Positions 39,534 to 52,539 are shown, numbered from the whole stretch's first letter. The stretch: 62,632 bases of DNA, filler included, from Choristocarpus tenellus KU-1152 (GCA_964200185.2; 8 parts of 8 records of this genome joined end to end with filler, not necessarily neighbours in it), one strand, 5' to 3'. Notes: generated by a model not told the origin, from the sequence alone. Numbers and translations are program-made.

Positions 39534-42500
39534 CTATTTCAATTGCTGGGCGGACTCGAAATTGCATTCGTCACCCTTGTCCCACCACTCTGTGAGCTTA
39601 GGGTATGCCTTGACAAGAAGGTGCCATAGATTTAGGCGCGTGGAGTACCTGGCGTTTCAAGGCTAGGGCTTCGCGAGGCTCAAGAAGACAGCCTTCTTCG
39701 TCTGGAGTGCTTTCACGTGCTCGGGGCGCAACTTATTTCCTGCCCTCCCTCCACGATCACCGAGTTTCACCTGCGTGGGCCCATGTACATAGCACTCGTC
39801 CCCGAAAAGAAGAGAAGCGGCCCCTTTACCGGCCTTCGTGAGCCTGAACCCGTGATTGTAAATGACTTGGTTAATGATTTGCGTCTGCACTCTATATTGT
39901 GTAGAAGCAGGTTTCGTTGCAGATCGTAGGAGCTCGGTGACGCACGCCTCCATGAAGGATTCAGTGATCCCCACATCGGACGAATTGCCGGAGTCAGCCG
40001 CGTCATGTGTGACGCAATCCTCCTCACCACGAGATGAGTTTTCGTCATCATTGTCGTCCGTTGATGAGAGTTAACATGGAGGTACTGTGCATCTGCCCAT
40101 TTTGGCAGAAGCGAAGATGTCGTCGAGGAAGTCAGGTTCCAATGCGCTGCCATCAGGATCAACAGATTCTTTCAAACGTTTCATCTGTCCAGCATGTTCT
40201 CTCGCCCTCTTTTTCCTAACTACTGTCCTAGAAACGCGGACTTCGCCCTCCCCGGAAGGCTTGCCCCTCTGGGTTGTGGAATTCTCACTGTTCTCACTTG
40301 GCCTCACACCACGGTCATACATGTTCCAAGGCTCCTTTGCATCATCGTCGCCGCTGCCCACCGAATGGGCGTTTGGAGACATCCCTGTGTCACTCCAGAC
40401 AGGCGTAGACTCCGAGTCCTTGCCTCGCGACCCCCTCACGTCATTCACAGGATGTTCCTCTGGACATGTGAAAGAGGACCCGTCGGTTCCGTCCCACTCG
40501 TCTTCGGAATCTTCTCTGACCCTCCTTTTCCTAATCAGGATCCTTTTTCACTTCCCATTCTCCTTCTTGGAACGCTTCTTCGTGGGGGTTTTGTTATAAT
40601 CAATATGTACGCGCTTATCGCTTGGCCTCACATTGTGGTTGTAAACGTTCACCCTCTCTTGTGAGTCAGTTGCGCCGCTGTCCACCGAATGGGCGTTTGG
40701 AGACATCGCTGTGTCACTCCCGACATGAGTAGACCCCGTGTCCTTGCCTCACGACCCCCTCACATCCTCCACAGGAACTTCCTCTGGACCTGACAAGTCG
40801 AAACAAACGGGCCGGTCCAGTTCGTCTTCGGAATCTTCTCTGACCCTCTTTTTCCTAATCAGGATCCTTTTCCGCTTCCCTTTCTCCTTCTTGGAACTCT
40901 TCTCCCTCGGAGTTTTGCTACGATCAATATTTTCGCGGTTTTCGCTTCGCCTCACATTGTGGTCACACATGTTCCCTGGTACTTGAGACTCAGCTCCACC
41001 GCTGTCTAGCGAAAGTTTGTTCGTGGACATCCCTAAAGCACTCAAATTCGGCGTGTAATCCGAATGGTTGCCTAGCCGCCCAATCACGTCCTCTATTGGA
41101 ATTTCCTCTGGGCCTGACAATAGGTTACACAAACGGGTCTGCCCCCATCGCCTTGAGAGTCGTGTTCTGAGGGTGTCGTTGTAGTCCTCCCCCTCTCTAG
41201 ATTCCTGCTTCCCACACCTATGGAAGGGCTAGGTGATGTGTTATGTTCCTCCTCTCGAGCACCCGGAGTGTCGGGTCTCCCACAAGGCATGCTGGTGGAT
41301 ACGTTACCAGCTACCTTTGTCTTCAACAGTGCAAAATTGGTCAGTGCCGAGAGCTTGTCCTGCAGGAGTTTGATACGATCCGGGTCAAGGTTGTCCCCGA
41401 GGGCAGTGCATGTTATGACCAGGCCTCCCGGTCGTGTTTGTTGAAGGGCTACTTCTCTCTCGTGAGCTGCGTTGGTCTCGGACTTGAACTTTTCGAGGTC
41501 GTGCTTGGACGTCGATAGGTTCTCTGGTGTGATCAACATGTGAGTGACACGCGTTACCTCTGTGATGGCGGAAGAGCGGCGAAGGTCGTGGCGAAGTGGG
41601 GGTAACAAAACGACGGGAGGAGTTGTTAGTGTTAGGAGTCAAGATATGAGATGGAGTTTCGTGAGAAGGACTATGTGGGTCAGGATGCAGAAGAGAATAC
41701 GGGGTGTGTGGAAAGGATGGACGGACCAGACTAGTGGCAGTTCTGATAAAATTGTTGATAAAGCGAGCCCCTAGGACAGGTGGACGAATAGGGCCGGTAA
41801 GAAAGGGTGAATAGGAAGCGTACAGGACTAGCATGTGACCGCGACATGATTTCTCTCTTTTCGCGGGGTTGTGACGATGGGTACAACATAGGCAAAGTAC
41901 GACACAGCATGTACGACGAGGAACTTTGCATTCTTTAAAAGAACCGGAGAACCCTGTGACAACGTTCGTTGTGTAACTGTCGAGTGTCGATAGGATGGAA
42001 GGGAGTTTTGTGTGTTAGGTGTGGTGGGGAAGGGTGTTTGGATTTTATTCTATGGCGATGTTGCGCACAATGCTGCAATTACTCGCCTGTGAATTCAACA
42101 CCGTTGCTTAGGGTAACGCCCTCAGAGTATTTTATGATGTCCAGGAATTTTGTGCCCTCCTCCACATCCTGCATCAACACGAGGTCTCTTATCACCTGTG
42201 GAATTGATAGGGTAGATAAACGTGTGCAATCAGGCCGTTTATTGTGATATGGCTTTACATGACGAACTGAAATGCGGTGGATAGAGGAAACGATGAACTA
42301 ATACAAGTTGAGTACCTTGTCGCTGAGGGTGTATTTCTTGGGAGGAGGACCCTCTGCTCCAGACTCTCCTGCTTTCTCGTCGGCGTAGGGGTCTATGTCG
42401 AGCTTGTCCTTCTCTTTCAGGTCCTTCATAACCTGAAGTGCAACCTCCAGTACGACCCCCTTGATAAGTACGTTCTTGGTGTTCATACGTCTCAGGTATG

Positions 42501-43635
42501 CCAACTGCACCCTCCAGGGTTGCACTCCCCAATCCTCCTCCACCTTCGCGGCAGACGGCGGGTCCGGATCGACGACTCCTGCTTTATTTTTCTTCCCCTT
42601 TCCTCTTGTCTTTTTCTTTCCTTTGTCTTGGTCGGCTGGGGGCCGTTTGTTCCGGACGCCCCTAAGAGTGTGGGAAAACTGTCGTGAAGAAGCACATGGG
42701 TGCTGGAATAGTGAGTGACAAAAGAGATGACACGGGTGTCTGTCTTGCAGCGGGGTATATGAACTGGGTAGTAAACATAGCGGCTGTTGCAGGATCAGGA
42801 GGTAGGTATAGGCATATACATCCATACGCTACTTCAATCGTCACGGTCAAAATCGACTTACCCATTCCTCTGGAAATGTCTCAGTCCCGACAACATAAGT
42901 CAACGCGAGCGCATCACTAGGAAGGTTTCTGGCTGCCTGCTCTGAGAAGACGTGCGCAGCCACTTCGACAATGTCGCGCCATCGATGACCTTGGGGAGTA
43001 TCCCCTCTCAGGATGGATAGTCCGGCTCCAGCGAGAACATCAGTGCACATTCTAGCGAAATACTGTTCCTTGACCTCGTTCGTGAGCTGCATGTACATCA
43101 AATGTGCGACAGAGTGTGGTGGTTAGGATACCCGTAAAGAACAAGCTTTGTGAGGTTGTCGAGGAATTAAAATCGACAGTGCATATATGTCGGGGAGGGA
43201 AAAGCAGGGCATGCGCGTAGCGCATCGAGACCTTACGGACATGGAGATCGCTGGAAATTGGTCGCTCTGCCGTTGGTCAGAACGCGTCAAATCATTCAAT
43301 TACTGTCTGCCCTATGTCAAGTGGAGACAAAATGGTTGGGAACGTTTATCCCACCTTTGTCCTGTACATGTGATTGAATCTCCCACTGTTCTTGAGGGAA
43401 TATCTCTTATATGTATATGCCGGGGATGGAAAAGCAGGGCATGTGTGTAGCGCATCGAGACCTTATGGGCATGGGGATCGCTGGAAATTGGTCGCTCTGC
43501 CGTTGGTCATAACACGTCAAATAATTCAATTACTGTCTGCCCTATGTCAAGTGGAGACAAAATGGTTGGGAACGTTTATCCCACCTTTGTCCTGTACATG
43601 TGATTGAATCCCCCACTGTTCTTAAGGGAATCCAT
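39534..43635 (-). pseudogene. Decayed, apparently intron-containing gene(s) of unknown family with a 324-bp coding module repeated about 2.5 times
   Basis: Chain of minus-strand ORF pieces (43101-42847, 42825-42298, 41608-41093, 41132-40749, 40448-40071, 39974-39663, continuing through two stops to about 39534). Lys/Arg-rich NLS-like blocks. No family recognised. Confidence 0.5.
43183..43635. repeat. Tandem duplication, unit about 230 bp
   Basis: GAAAAGCAGGGCATG...CCCACTGTTCTT occurs twice, nearly identical, and runs into the linker. Confidence 0.9.
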
Positions 43636-43735
43636 NNNNNNNNNNNNNNNNNNNNNNNNNNNNNNNNNNNNNNNNNNNNTTAATTAATTAANNNNNNNNN
43701 NNNNNNNNNNNNNNNNNNNNNNNNNNNNNNNNNNN

Positions 43736-43975
43736 GGGTAGAGCCGCGTCCATTTGGGGACCAAAATCCAATGTTGCGATTTCGATGTAATTTTGTCTAT
43801 CGTGTTTGTTAGGAAGTGCCAACATCCTTGTTCTGGACACACCTTTTCATAACCTACACATTTTACCTGCTCTGAATTTTTTTCGAGTAGGAAAATGTCA
43901 TACGAACCCCAATGGAAACCAAGCCCCAAATGGACAAACAGGGCAAAATTCGTACCCTCTAAGATACTTTCACTC
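43736..43975 (+). mobile_element. MITE family 1 copy, left end cut by linker
   Basis: GGGTAGAGCCGCGTCCATTTGGGG...TACCCTCTAAGATACTTTCACTC. Confidence 0.9.
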
Positions 43976-45423
43976 TCAGATCCAACTGTTCTCAGTACAT
44001 GCCATGACTTGGCAGGAGACGTAGGCGTTATTCAGTCACTAGCAATATCTCCATAGCCACTGCAGTGTTGCAGTAGTTACTCCAATGTTTCTTGAGATAA
44101 TGCGTCAAGAGATCACAAACACACCAATTGAAAGTCCTGATGAAGTAAAAGGATATCACAATTTCTGTCTTGTTTTGGAGTCCGTATGATTCGAGTTGCT
44201 GGGGCGCAAGTGTTGAGTTTACTGAATATAGAGGGTTGCACATCGGCTATTGCACTCTTTTTGCAGATAGTGTAGGTGGTTTGATAATGATCCTGATAAC
44301 ATTCAGCACAACTTGGCGGGATTCTACCAGTCCTCGTATTCCCTGGGACGACCATTTTCCAAGGTCCAGGCAAACTCCTCCACAAGAGATGACGCCTCAG
44401 GTTTGGAGAGCCTTGGTGCCTGACTCTGGTACACTCGAGGGTACTACGGGAGACTCAACAGTGTTCTAAGGCACTATTATGAGAGTAGAGGATACAATAT
44501 GAACAGTGTGTAGGAGTATGATACCTTCAAAAGGTCGAAGATATTTGTCGATTTTGGAGATAATCAATTTTTTCTCTGCCAAAATCATGAAAGTGTGAGT
44601 GCTCCTTGCTCTACTTGAGGAATGTTGTTCTCTGCTCAAGGAATCTCATCTCAGGTTCCCACACTTCATCCACAAATGGCCTAAAAGTAGGATATCATAA
44701 CTGTGCATCAATGCAAACATTCACCAGCTGGAGGGCTACTTGCAGTGGAGGGAGTACAAAGATTAGTGGTGGATCATTCAACACTCTCCTGCAGAGATGA
44801 CCGATGAAGTGGTTTGTAAGCACAGGAGGTTACTCCTGTGTTTTTCAAGGAGCTCAAACATATCCATATAGCATCCATCACCTCTGTTGTCACTCTGTCC
44901 ATATTACGTTTGGTACCATGAGATAGGATGGGACAAAGGATCATATTTTGTATCTGTAGGATAAGCTAAATATCCCAATGGTCTACAGAGTCTTCACGAC
45001 CTACCAGCTGTTCCTGGGTACAACTGTTAGTCCCCCAGGCAGTTAGCCCGCAGTAGTAGGGTCTCACTAGCTATGAGATCCCTGGGTAGATACATAAACT
45101 CGTTGAAGTGGATGTTTTGCAGTGGCAACCATAGGCAGTACAGAAAGGGGAGGACATCCTCCAATAGGTTTGCCTGGTCTAGGAGTCATACCTTTGATCA
45201 CTTCTGGCTCATCCAGGGGCAGAGAACTGCAACACATTGACATTGGTGATGTATTAAGTTGGACCTGCCCCCACTATTAGCCATGCTGGATCCAATGGAT
45301 AAATACTATCAATACTACAAACCCATTGGAGGAAGGGAACGGCTTCAGCAAAGGGATGGTAGACCTCTGTTCAGCATCCAACACCGTGCACCTGTACTTC
45401 TACATTGGGCAATCCATTCATCA

Positions 45424-47011
45424 TTATTTTTTCCTCTGCTGACGGTGCACCTCATAAAGCGACATGGCCACCTGCATGCAACGTGTTGAGCAATAGTTAA
45501 GGTGTGCCTGTATAAGGAGACATTACGGCAATGCTACCATACGCTCAGGAGCTAGAGCTTGAACTGCTTTTTAAACTGGAGGGAGAGCAAGAAGTAAGGC
45601 CAACAAAGGGAAGGTGAGGTGAGGCGACAGGAAAGTTGTTGACACCTGAATAATGTTGTAGTCATTTGGGGCACCCATTGCATCCTTTTTTGCAAGGGTC
45701 ACAACACATCTTACTAAGCATAATTTTTTGGATGGACGCAGTACGTGTTGGATCGTGAACCCTCTGTCTGTTGGGAAATAGGGCTACAAGTAGCAATTTC
45801 ATCAGTACGGTATGTAGACCTGGAAAGCAGAATTAGTTGGGGGAGGGCCATATTTACAGGTAGAGACCTACTGCGCAGTGCACAACTGAAGATATAGCTC
45901 TCAGGATGCCACAACAAGAAGGTGTGAATCTCTAGGAGATCACAAATCCAGACTTATCAACCCCCTACTAAAGCCCCTTCCTTACAGACGACCTCTATTG
46001 CCTTACCGCGCTTGCTAGGTTATAAGACCGGATGACATTGTCCCGCATAGGCAGGTAGACTGCAGGAAGGCTCACCCGAGCGGCCTCATCCAGCCCATCG
46101 AGGCCCTCTACCTCATTTCCAAAAACAAGCGTAGTCCCTTTGCTCAATCCACCCAGGGGAGGTGTAGGGTGGAAATGGGTGTCCGAAATGCAGGCTGAGC
46201 CCAATTTCTCACTCTTGGAGACAAGGTACACCTTTCCGAGGGATGGCAGAGTGTCTCTCGAGAACGTACTCCTTTAGACCAGAGAGGGCGGAAAATCATG
46301 AACAGGGCGGGAAGGACGGCGTGAGAGGGGGGGGTATCTTCTGTAACATAGTTGCCAGGGCCTGTTGGATCGAAGATATTTTACTGCCCAATGACCACGA
46401 GATTCTGGGGCTTACAACGGGGCAGAGCCAATAAAATACACATTAAGTAATGAAAGCTGGAAAAGTTTTGAGAGGGCTTAAGCAACCGATGAAGGCCAGA
46501 AATTTTGTTATTTGGTATTGCCACAAGAAATGCTAACAACGCATGGTCCAAAAGTAAACTATCAAACAGGTGAAGACAGCACCGTCTCACCAACTGTCGT
46601 GGACGTGCAGATCCACGTGGCTCCAGTAATCAAGCCCTGAAATTAAGGGGCGGAATAGAGGAGCGGACTGGCGTAGTCAGAAGCAAAGAAATACTCTGAG
46701 CGATCACTCTCTCAAATCAAAACTGTGCGGAAATTCTAGGGCGTTCACCTGATCTCTTAACTTGTTTGTCGCTGAGGTCGAAGCCAAGAGGCCTTGTGCG
46801 CGAGTGATCGGGAATCAGGGAAATACAAGGACCGGGAGGCATGTCAGCGCTATCATCTTGTCATCTGCACCCCATCAGCTTCACAAAAGGAGCGATTTCC
46901 ATTTTACCTGATCAGATGAAGACTCGCCCCAAAACCAAGACAAGTTCGACCAATGCTGCCTGTGTTGTTAGGGATTAGGGGTCGGAACAAGACAACATGT
47001 AAGTGTGCCAT
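45424..47011 (-). CDS. trmL: TrmL-type SpoU/SPOUT tRNA (cytidine/uridine-2'-O)-methyltransferase, 5 exons
   Basis: Exons 47011-46908, 46792-46749, 46636-46591, 46271-46007 and 45471-45424, in phase. Protein [24 protein letters not shown]...[24 protein letters not shown]...[10 protein letters not shown]...[27 protein letters not shown]. Confidence 0.92.
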
Positions 47012-47243
47012 ACCATAACCTACATAGGCTTCGTGTTATGTGGGATTGTAGACCACCTAGTCGGTAGAATACTTGAGGAATTTCGATTGGTTCGGAGAGT
47101 CTACTGTTGTTGCACCGCATGTGTGTGTGTATGATGCCTTTCCTTTCCATTCCCCTTATCACAAGGAACGAGTTGATCAAATGTCCGGATGCAGCAGGCT
47201 CGGGCTGCGTCGAAGCCTCGCCTGGGCTTGATTTTCCATTGGC
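47012..47243. promoter_or_regulatory. Probable bidirectional promoter between trmL and the TPR gene
   Basis: Divergent ATGs are 232 bp apart. Confidence 0.5.
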
Positions 47244-48670
47244 ATGTACCGTCTGATCTCTCCATCTGTGCGTAGTTTTCAACGAGTGAGGACGCGGGGG
47301 TTTGCCACTCCCACCCAGCAAGTCCCTCAGCGTCAAAGTGTATCCCTATTTGAATCGGCACCTTCTCTGACAAGAATTTTCGTCGGACCCGCTGCAGTGA
47401 TTGCCGCGGTGGGTATGATGTCATCTGTACCTCTTCGAGACACCTTCCTCAAGGTAACATGTTCGATCATGTTCCACAAACCCGTCTCCACTGAACTGGC
47501 TCTAAGAACATGTCACAATGAGCAGAAGTTTATGCTCTTACAGCTAGGCCGAGCGAGCCCTGCAGATGAAACTTTAGCTTCTTACGAGTAAATTTAAGCT
47601 CACCATGTGCCCATATCATTACGTCGCACCATGCATCATGCAGGGAGTACCTCAACAGGAGGCCCCAGTTAGGGGATGCAACACACAGTGCGATTGGGAG
47701 CATGATGACGATGAAGTCGAGGTCCTTAGAGAGCGAGCGCAACTCTTTGTGGTGGCTGGCCATCTAGAAGAGGCGGAAAAGATTCTGGAGAAGGTACTCA
47801 CGGCGGACAGGATAGTGCAGGGTGTGCTACCTATTTCGAGTGGAAGCTGAGACTTCGATGTTGTTGGAGGATGGTTCACTAATGTTGTAGTATCATCCTC
47901 AGCTTGTTGTATGTTGTGTTTCTATCGCGCTAGATTTGTGCTTGCCAGTATCTAGCTCTAACATAGCACTATGGCAGAATCGAAGGCTGAGGTATATAAT
48001 ACTTGCCAACAGTGAATGCAGTTTAGTGCCCTTTTCCCTTGTCCCTGCTCAACACACTGACACTTATGGTTGCCTTCCCTCCGACGGACATGTTGAAGAT
48101 CCTAGCTGATGATGAGCTCAGCATTGGTGAGAATCATCACACAGTGGCTGCTGATCTATCTGAGCTGGCGAAGGTGATGACTATGCTGGGAAGGTGAGTG
48201 AGTAGTGGGGCCTGAACGTGGGAAGGGGAGGCAGACAAGTCTCAACTGACTCTTGTGTCGTTGTCTGTCTGATGAATCGAAGGCAGCTCTTGGAAGTCGC
48301 GATTTTGGAGGTTCGTCAATTGCACCCACATGCAGCAAACAGGGTAGAAGACTGGGATGTACTTCATTCTAGCCGTTGTAGCACTATCATTCATAGCCCT
48401 ATGCATACCTAAGAGTACCTCACAACAATGGCTTGTGTGTGTTTTCCTGCATCACCCTTCCATTTCACTCCCTCCTTGAGCCCATCCCTCATTCTCCCGT
48501 TTGCAATCATTGCTGCTGCTGGGGGAAAACCTTTACGTCTCTCTGCTAGGTTGGATGTAGCAAACAACCTATTGAGACGAGCTCTGGCCATCGATGCTAG
48601 GGTGTTTGGCTGGGAGGGAGCAGAGGTCGCAGCAGACCTTAACAACTACGCCCTGGTGCTCTATGAGCAG
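47244..48670 (+). CDS. TPR-repeat protein (kinesin-light-chain/TPR_12-like) with probable mitochondrial presequence; 3' part not found
   Basis: Exons 47244-47453, 47644-47793, 48099-48193 and 48550-48670, in phase. GHLEEAEKILEK...GENHHTVAADLSELA...LLRRALAIDARVFG..GAEVAADLNNYALVLYEQ. N-terminus is Arg/Ser-rich. Confidence 0.78.
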
Positions 48671-49987
48671 GTGCCTCACTCCCTTACATACAATATTGCC
48701 TGCCTTACCATGTCGTTACTCTTATGTGTGTACAACAATGCTAGTTTGAGAAGCACCTTGCAGCCAAGATCAGGGCATGCCAGTGCAAAAGAACTCTCTT
48801 CGCCATGGAATGTTGCACGATGCCTTCATCATATCACAATTGGTTTGTGGTTAGGCATTACTATCACTGACCGTTGACGTTATGGTTTCAGGGTGCATTG
48901 GGGGGGGGGAAAAGCGTCCAGAATTAAAATTAGGTTGTACTGCGTACTGCTTCAAAGACATGCATTGATGGGAAGAAATCTGGAAGACAAATGTTTTTTT
49001 TGTGGTACAGGTGCTCACTTTCCATAGCGTCTTTGAGCATGCTGTTTGAAAAGGGAAGGAAATATGTATTATGATGACTAGTGACACCTCCTGTAGGGAG
49101 TGCCATCTTAACGGGTGAGTACTTGGTAGTACTTTCTGTGTATTTGTTCGTACTGAAAGGATGGTGCTTTGACCATGACAGGGCTGTGTTTGACCAAGGC
49201 AAAAACGTGTTATTGCAGTACTTTCATATTCCCCTTCACTCGCTGTACTACTCTTTGCACAGGTAGTTTGGCCTGGTAATGATGTTGCATTCCATGCCAG
49301 GTAGCACATATTCTGAACGATCCTGGAGCAGTAGCCCCCCACTCTTGATTGAGTGTTATTCCACTATGGGGACTCTCTCCCCTATCCTCCTGTCTTTCAA
49401 GTTGTACACATATGTGTGCTCGAGTTCCTGCTGCCTTCAATATCCAGCAAACCAGGCCTTTGCAACCATACTCCAGGAAATATCTAATCATCCTAGGTAG
49501 TGCACAGTTTTTCACTCCACAAGGGCGTTCACTCCCTGTGTTGGCGCTGCTTCCACGCTGTGATGTGTGGTGGTACAACACGGTACAATTGAAGGAATGA
49601 AAGGAGTTTCACTAATCAGGAAGGCTGTTGCACCAGCAATTCTGACACACTTTTGAGCAGACCATGTTGATGAAAGTCGGCCATATATAATCCCCTGTGA
49701 AGGTGTGACAAGAACGCCTTTATGAGAGTGGTGTTACATCCATCTGTTCGCATCTGCATCTGCTCACTATTGCTATTGGTCACCAGCAATTTAACTGGTG
49801 CATGACTCAACCCTTACACCATGAAGTGCTCAACAAGCTAGCTCGATGAATATTGCTCAGTTTGAAGTACTTCAAAGCACGTGGGAGCCCCACCCAATGG
49901 GGAACCCTCCCCCCCTCCCCGGTATTATTAAGGGAGCCACCCTTTTTCCCATACTTTTTTGTTGTACTTTGATAACTGATCTATCGT

Positions 49988-50651
49988 TTTTTGCATGAAG
50001 TGAAGGATGTCAGGCGCAAGCTTGTACTTCTGAACGGGCACATTCAATGTGTGATTCCAGCATGTGTTTCAAGCCATGCATCAAACTCTAGCCCTTTGTG
50101 CAATATTGCAGAGCCTGTTGGCTTTTCTGTTGAAGTTGCACTCACAATTGTGTGTGATAGTTTCATGTACTGCTATGAGGTGAATGACACACACACACAC
50201 ACACACACACATGAGTTCAATAATACTTTATGCTTCCAAGTATGTACAACCTTTTTTTGGCATTGTAGTGGCTTCAACAAAATGCTTGGAACAAACTGTC
50301 ATGGAAGGAGGTGGTTGTGCAGAACTACACACATACGCCATCTTTTCTTTTCTTTTTCACGACAAGACAAGGCAAGAGTGTACCTGTGGTCCAGCGCTGT
50401 TTCATGCCTCAAATCCATGGCATTGCAACTCGACACTATCACACACTACTGTAGGTGCAACTTCAACAAGAGAACTTGGATCTCGGAATTTGGTCACATA
50501 AATATCAATGACAGGTCAACACTTCTGTAATGTTGTAGAGGTGGCCAGAGTTTGCATGACTGGAAATAAGTGCAATAATCAAGTGGTGGATAATGTGCCC
50601 GTTGAATTGCCCTAACTTGCGCCTGACATCCTTTGCTGCATGGCAAAAAAA
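49988..50651. mobile_element. Old element bounded by about 145-bp imperfect inverted repeats
   Basis: AAGGATGTCAGGCGCAAG...AACGGGCACATT (50012-50045) is mirrored at 50592-50633. Similarity extends over 49988-50133 versus 50507-50651. Confidence 0.65.
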
Positions 50652-50659
50652 TGGCAATT

Positions 50660-50762
50660 GGGTCAAAGTATCTGGGTGTGTGTGTGTGTGTGTGTGGTTT
50701 GTGAAGGGGCGTCCGTTTTGGTCAAACAACTCTTTTTTTTGCTGACATTTCAAATCCGACAC
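50660..50762 (+). mobile_element. MITE family 3 arm, truncated by linker
   Basis: GGGTCAAAGTATCTGG(GT)n...GCGTCCGTTTTGGTCAAACAACTC...GCTGACATTTCAAATCCGACAC. Confidence 0.8.
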
Positions 50763-50862
50763 NNNNNNNNNNNNNNNNNNNNNNNNNNNNNNNNNNNNNN
50801 NNNNNNTTAATTAATTAANNNNNNNNNNNNNNNNNNNNNNNNNNNNNNNNNNNNNNNNNNNN

Positions 50863-51033
50863 TTGTTAGGAAGTGTCAATATCCATGCTCCGGACATATC
50901 TTTTCATAACGTATACATTTTACCTACTCCTAATCATTTTGGAGTAGGAAAATGTCATAAAAAAACCCATGGGAAGCCAAGCCCCAAATGGACAAATAGG
51001 GTAAAACTCGTACCCTCTAAGATACTTTCACTC
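50863..51033 (+). mobile_element. MITE family 1 right part
   Basis: Ends CCCCAAATGGAC...TACCCTCTAAGATACTTTCACTC. Confidence 0.88.
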
Positions 51034-52043
51034 CGAAGTGGTTGCATGAATATGTGCACCTGCTTTAGGAACAGAACCTCTTTCCCCAACTCATACAATG
51101 CAACATACTCACCTCAGCAGTAGACAATGTAACCGTTTTCCACTTCCTAGACCACCAGTCGACACATCCTCCCCCAAACATCACAACACCACCAGAAATA
51201 GACTGCTCTCCTTGCAGTTAGCATAATCAGCATCTATACAGGTAATTAGATGCTGGTCCCTCGGTCCATTCCCATAAAATCCAAAATCTCGAAAGGTTAT
51301 CCATGCTTTCTACTATCTAACCGATACCCTATTACTCTCTAGGCATTGAACCAATCAGAGCAACTTGGATTCTCCACACTAGATGTCAACTCTCTAACTG
51401 CAAAAGACACATCAGGTCTAGTCCTTGTAGCTGCCCCCTGTACACCATCTGATCCCACTGTCTTCCCTTTCAACTCCTGCTCATTGCGAGTACCTCAGGA
51501 CTAAAAACAGATCCCACAGAGTCATCTCCACCTGACCCCTCTAGTGCTCCGCCACTCAAATCCAGTTAAACTTCTCCAAACATTAGACCCTCTCCCAAAT
51601 CCAAACAGGCTTCTTGTTGGCCACAACCCATCATCAGTCATAGTAGGCACTGGATCACGATAAGGTTTCCACACGTAGTCCCTCCTATGGACTATTTTCC
51701 CTGAAGTGATAAGCAGGACCTGCAGTGTATTGGAAGGGTGGTTGGATGAAAGTCCCATATCATCAAGAATGGTTCAGCTCTAGGAGTCAATTTATGTATG
51801 CGTTTATCCACTTTAGTCTACCCCATCGAACCCCAAAGTGGCATAGACGGGGATGAGTAGGACCACCATTAAACATTTCGCATGGGGACTTCCAGTGAGG
51901 ATTAGCATTCATGGGGGACAAGTTAGTAAGATTGTTGGACATATTGTGTGCCTCTGCTCACAGTCCCAGTCGATCCCACAGACCAGCTGCATGCATTATA
52001 ACCCAGCCTTTCTCCACAATCCGAGCAATGGCCCGTTCCACTT

Positions 52044-52302
52044 GAGTGAAAGTATCTTAGAGGGTATGAGGTTTGCCCTTTTTGTCCATTTGGGGCTTTG
52101 CTTCCCACCGGTTTTTAATGACATTTTATCTACCCATAAATATTTCGGAGTGGGTAAAACGTATACATAATAACAAGATGCGTCCGGAACAAGGATATTG
52201 ACATCTCCTAACAAACATGATAGCCAATATTACAACAAAATGGCAATATTGGATTTCGGTCCCCAAATGGACGTGACTCTACCCTCTAAGATACTTCGAC
52301 TC
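52044..52302 (-). mobile_element. MITE family 1 copy in the Copia integrase catalytic region, TSD ACTT
   Basis: ACTT|GAGTGAAAGTATCTTAG...GATACTTCGACTC|ACTT. Removal restores QLNGKVERAIARI. Confidence 0.93.
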
Positions 52303-52539
52303 ACTTTCCCATTGAGTTGTATTCCAGGCACAGTGTACTCATGCCTTATCTTGTGTTCATGAAGTACATCCTCAAAGTCAGCATTCTTGAACTCCATCCC
52401 CTCATCAGTCCTCTCACACCCAAAGCTTATGTTCTCCACATTTGCCACATCACGGATGAATGCCCTGGATACCTTAGTAGTCTCATCCTTGGATCTCAAA
52501 ACTGTTATCCACCCCATTCCTGTCTTATCGCAGATAAGT

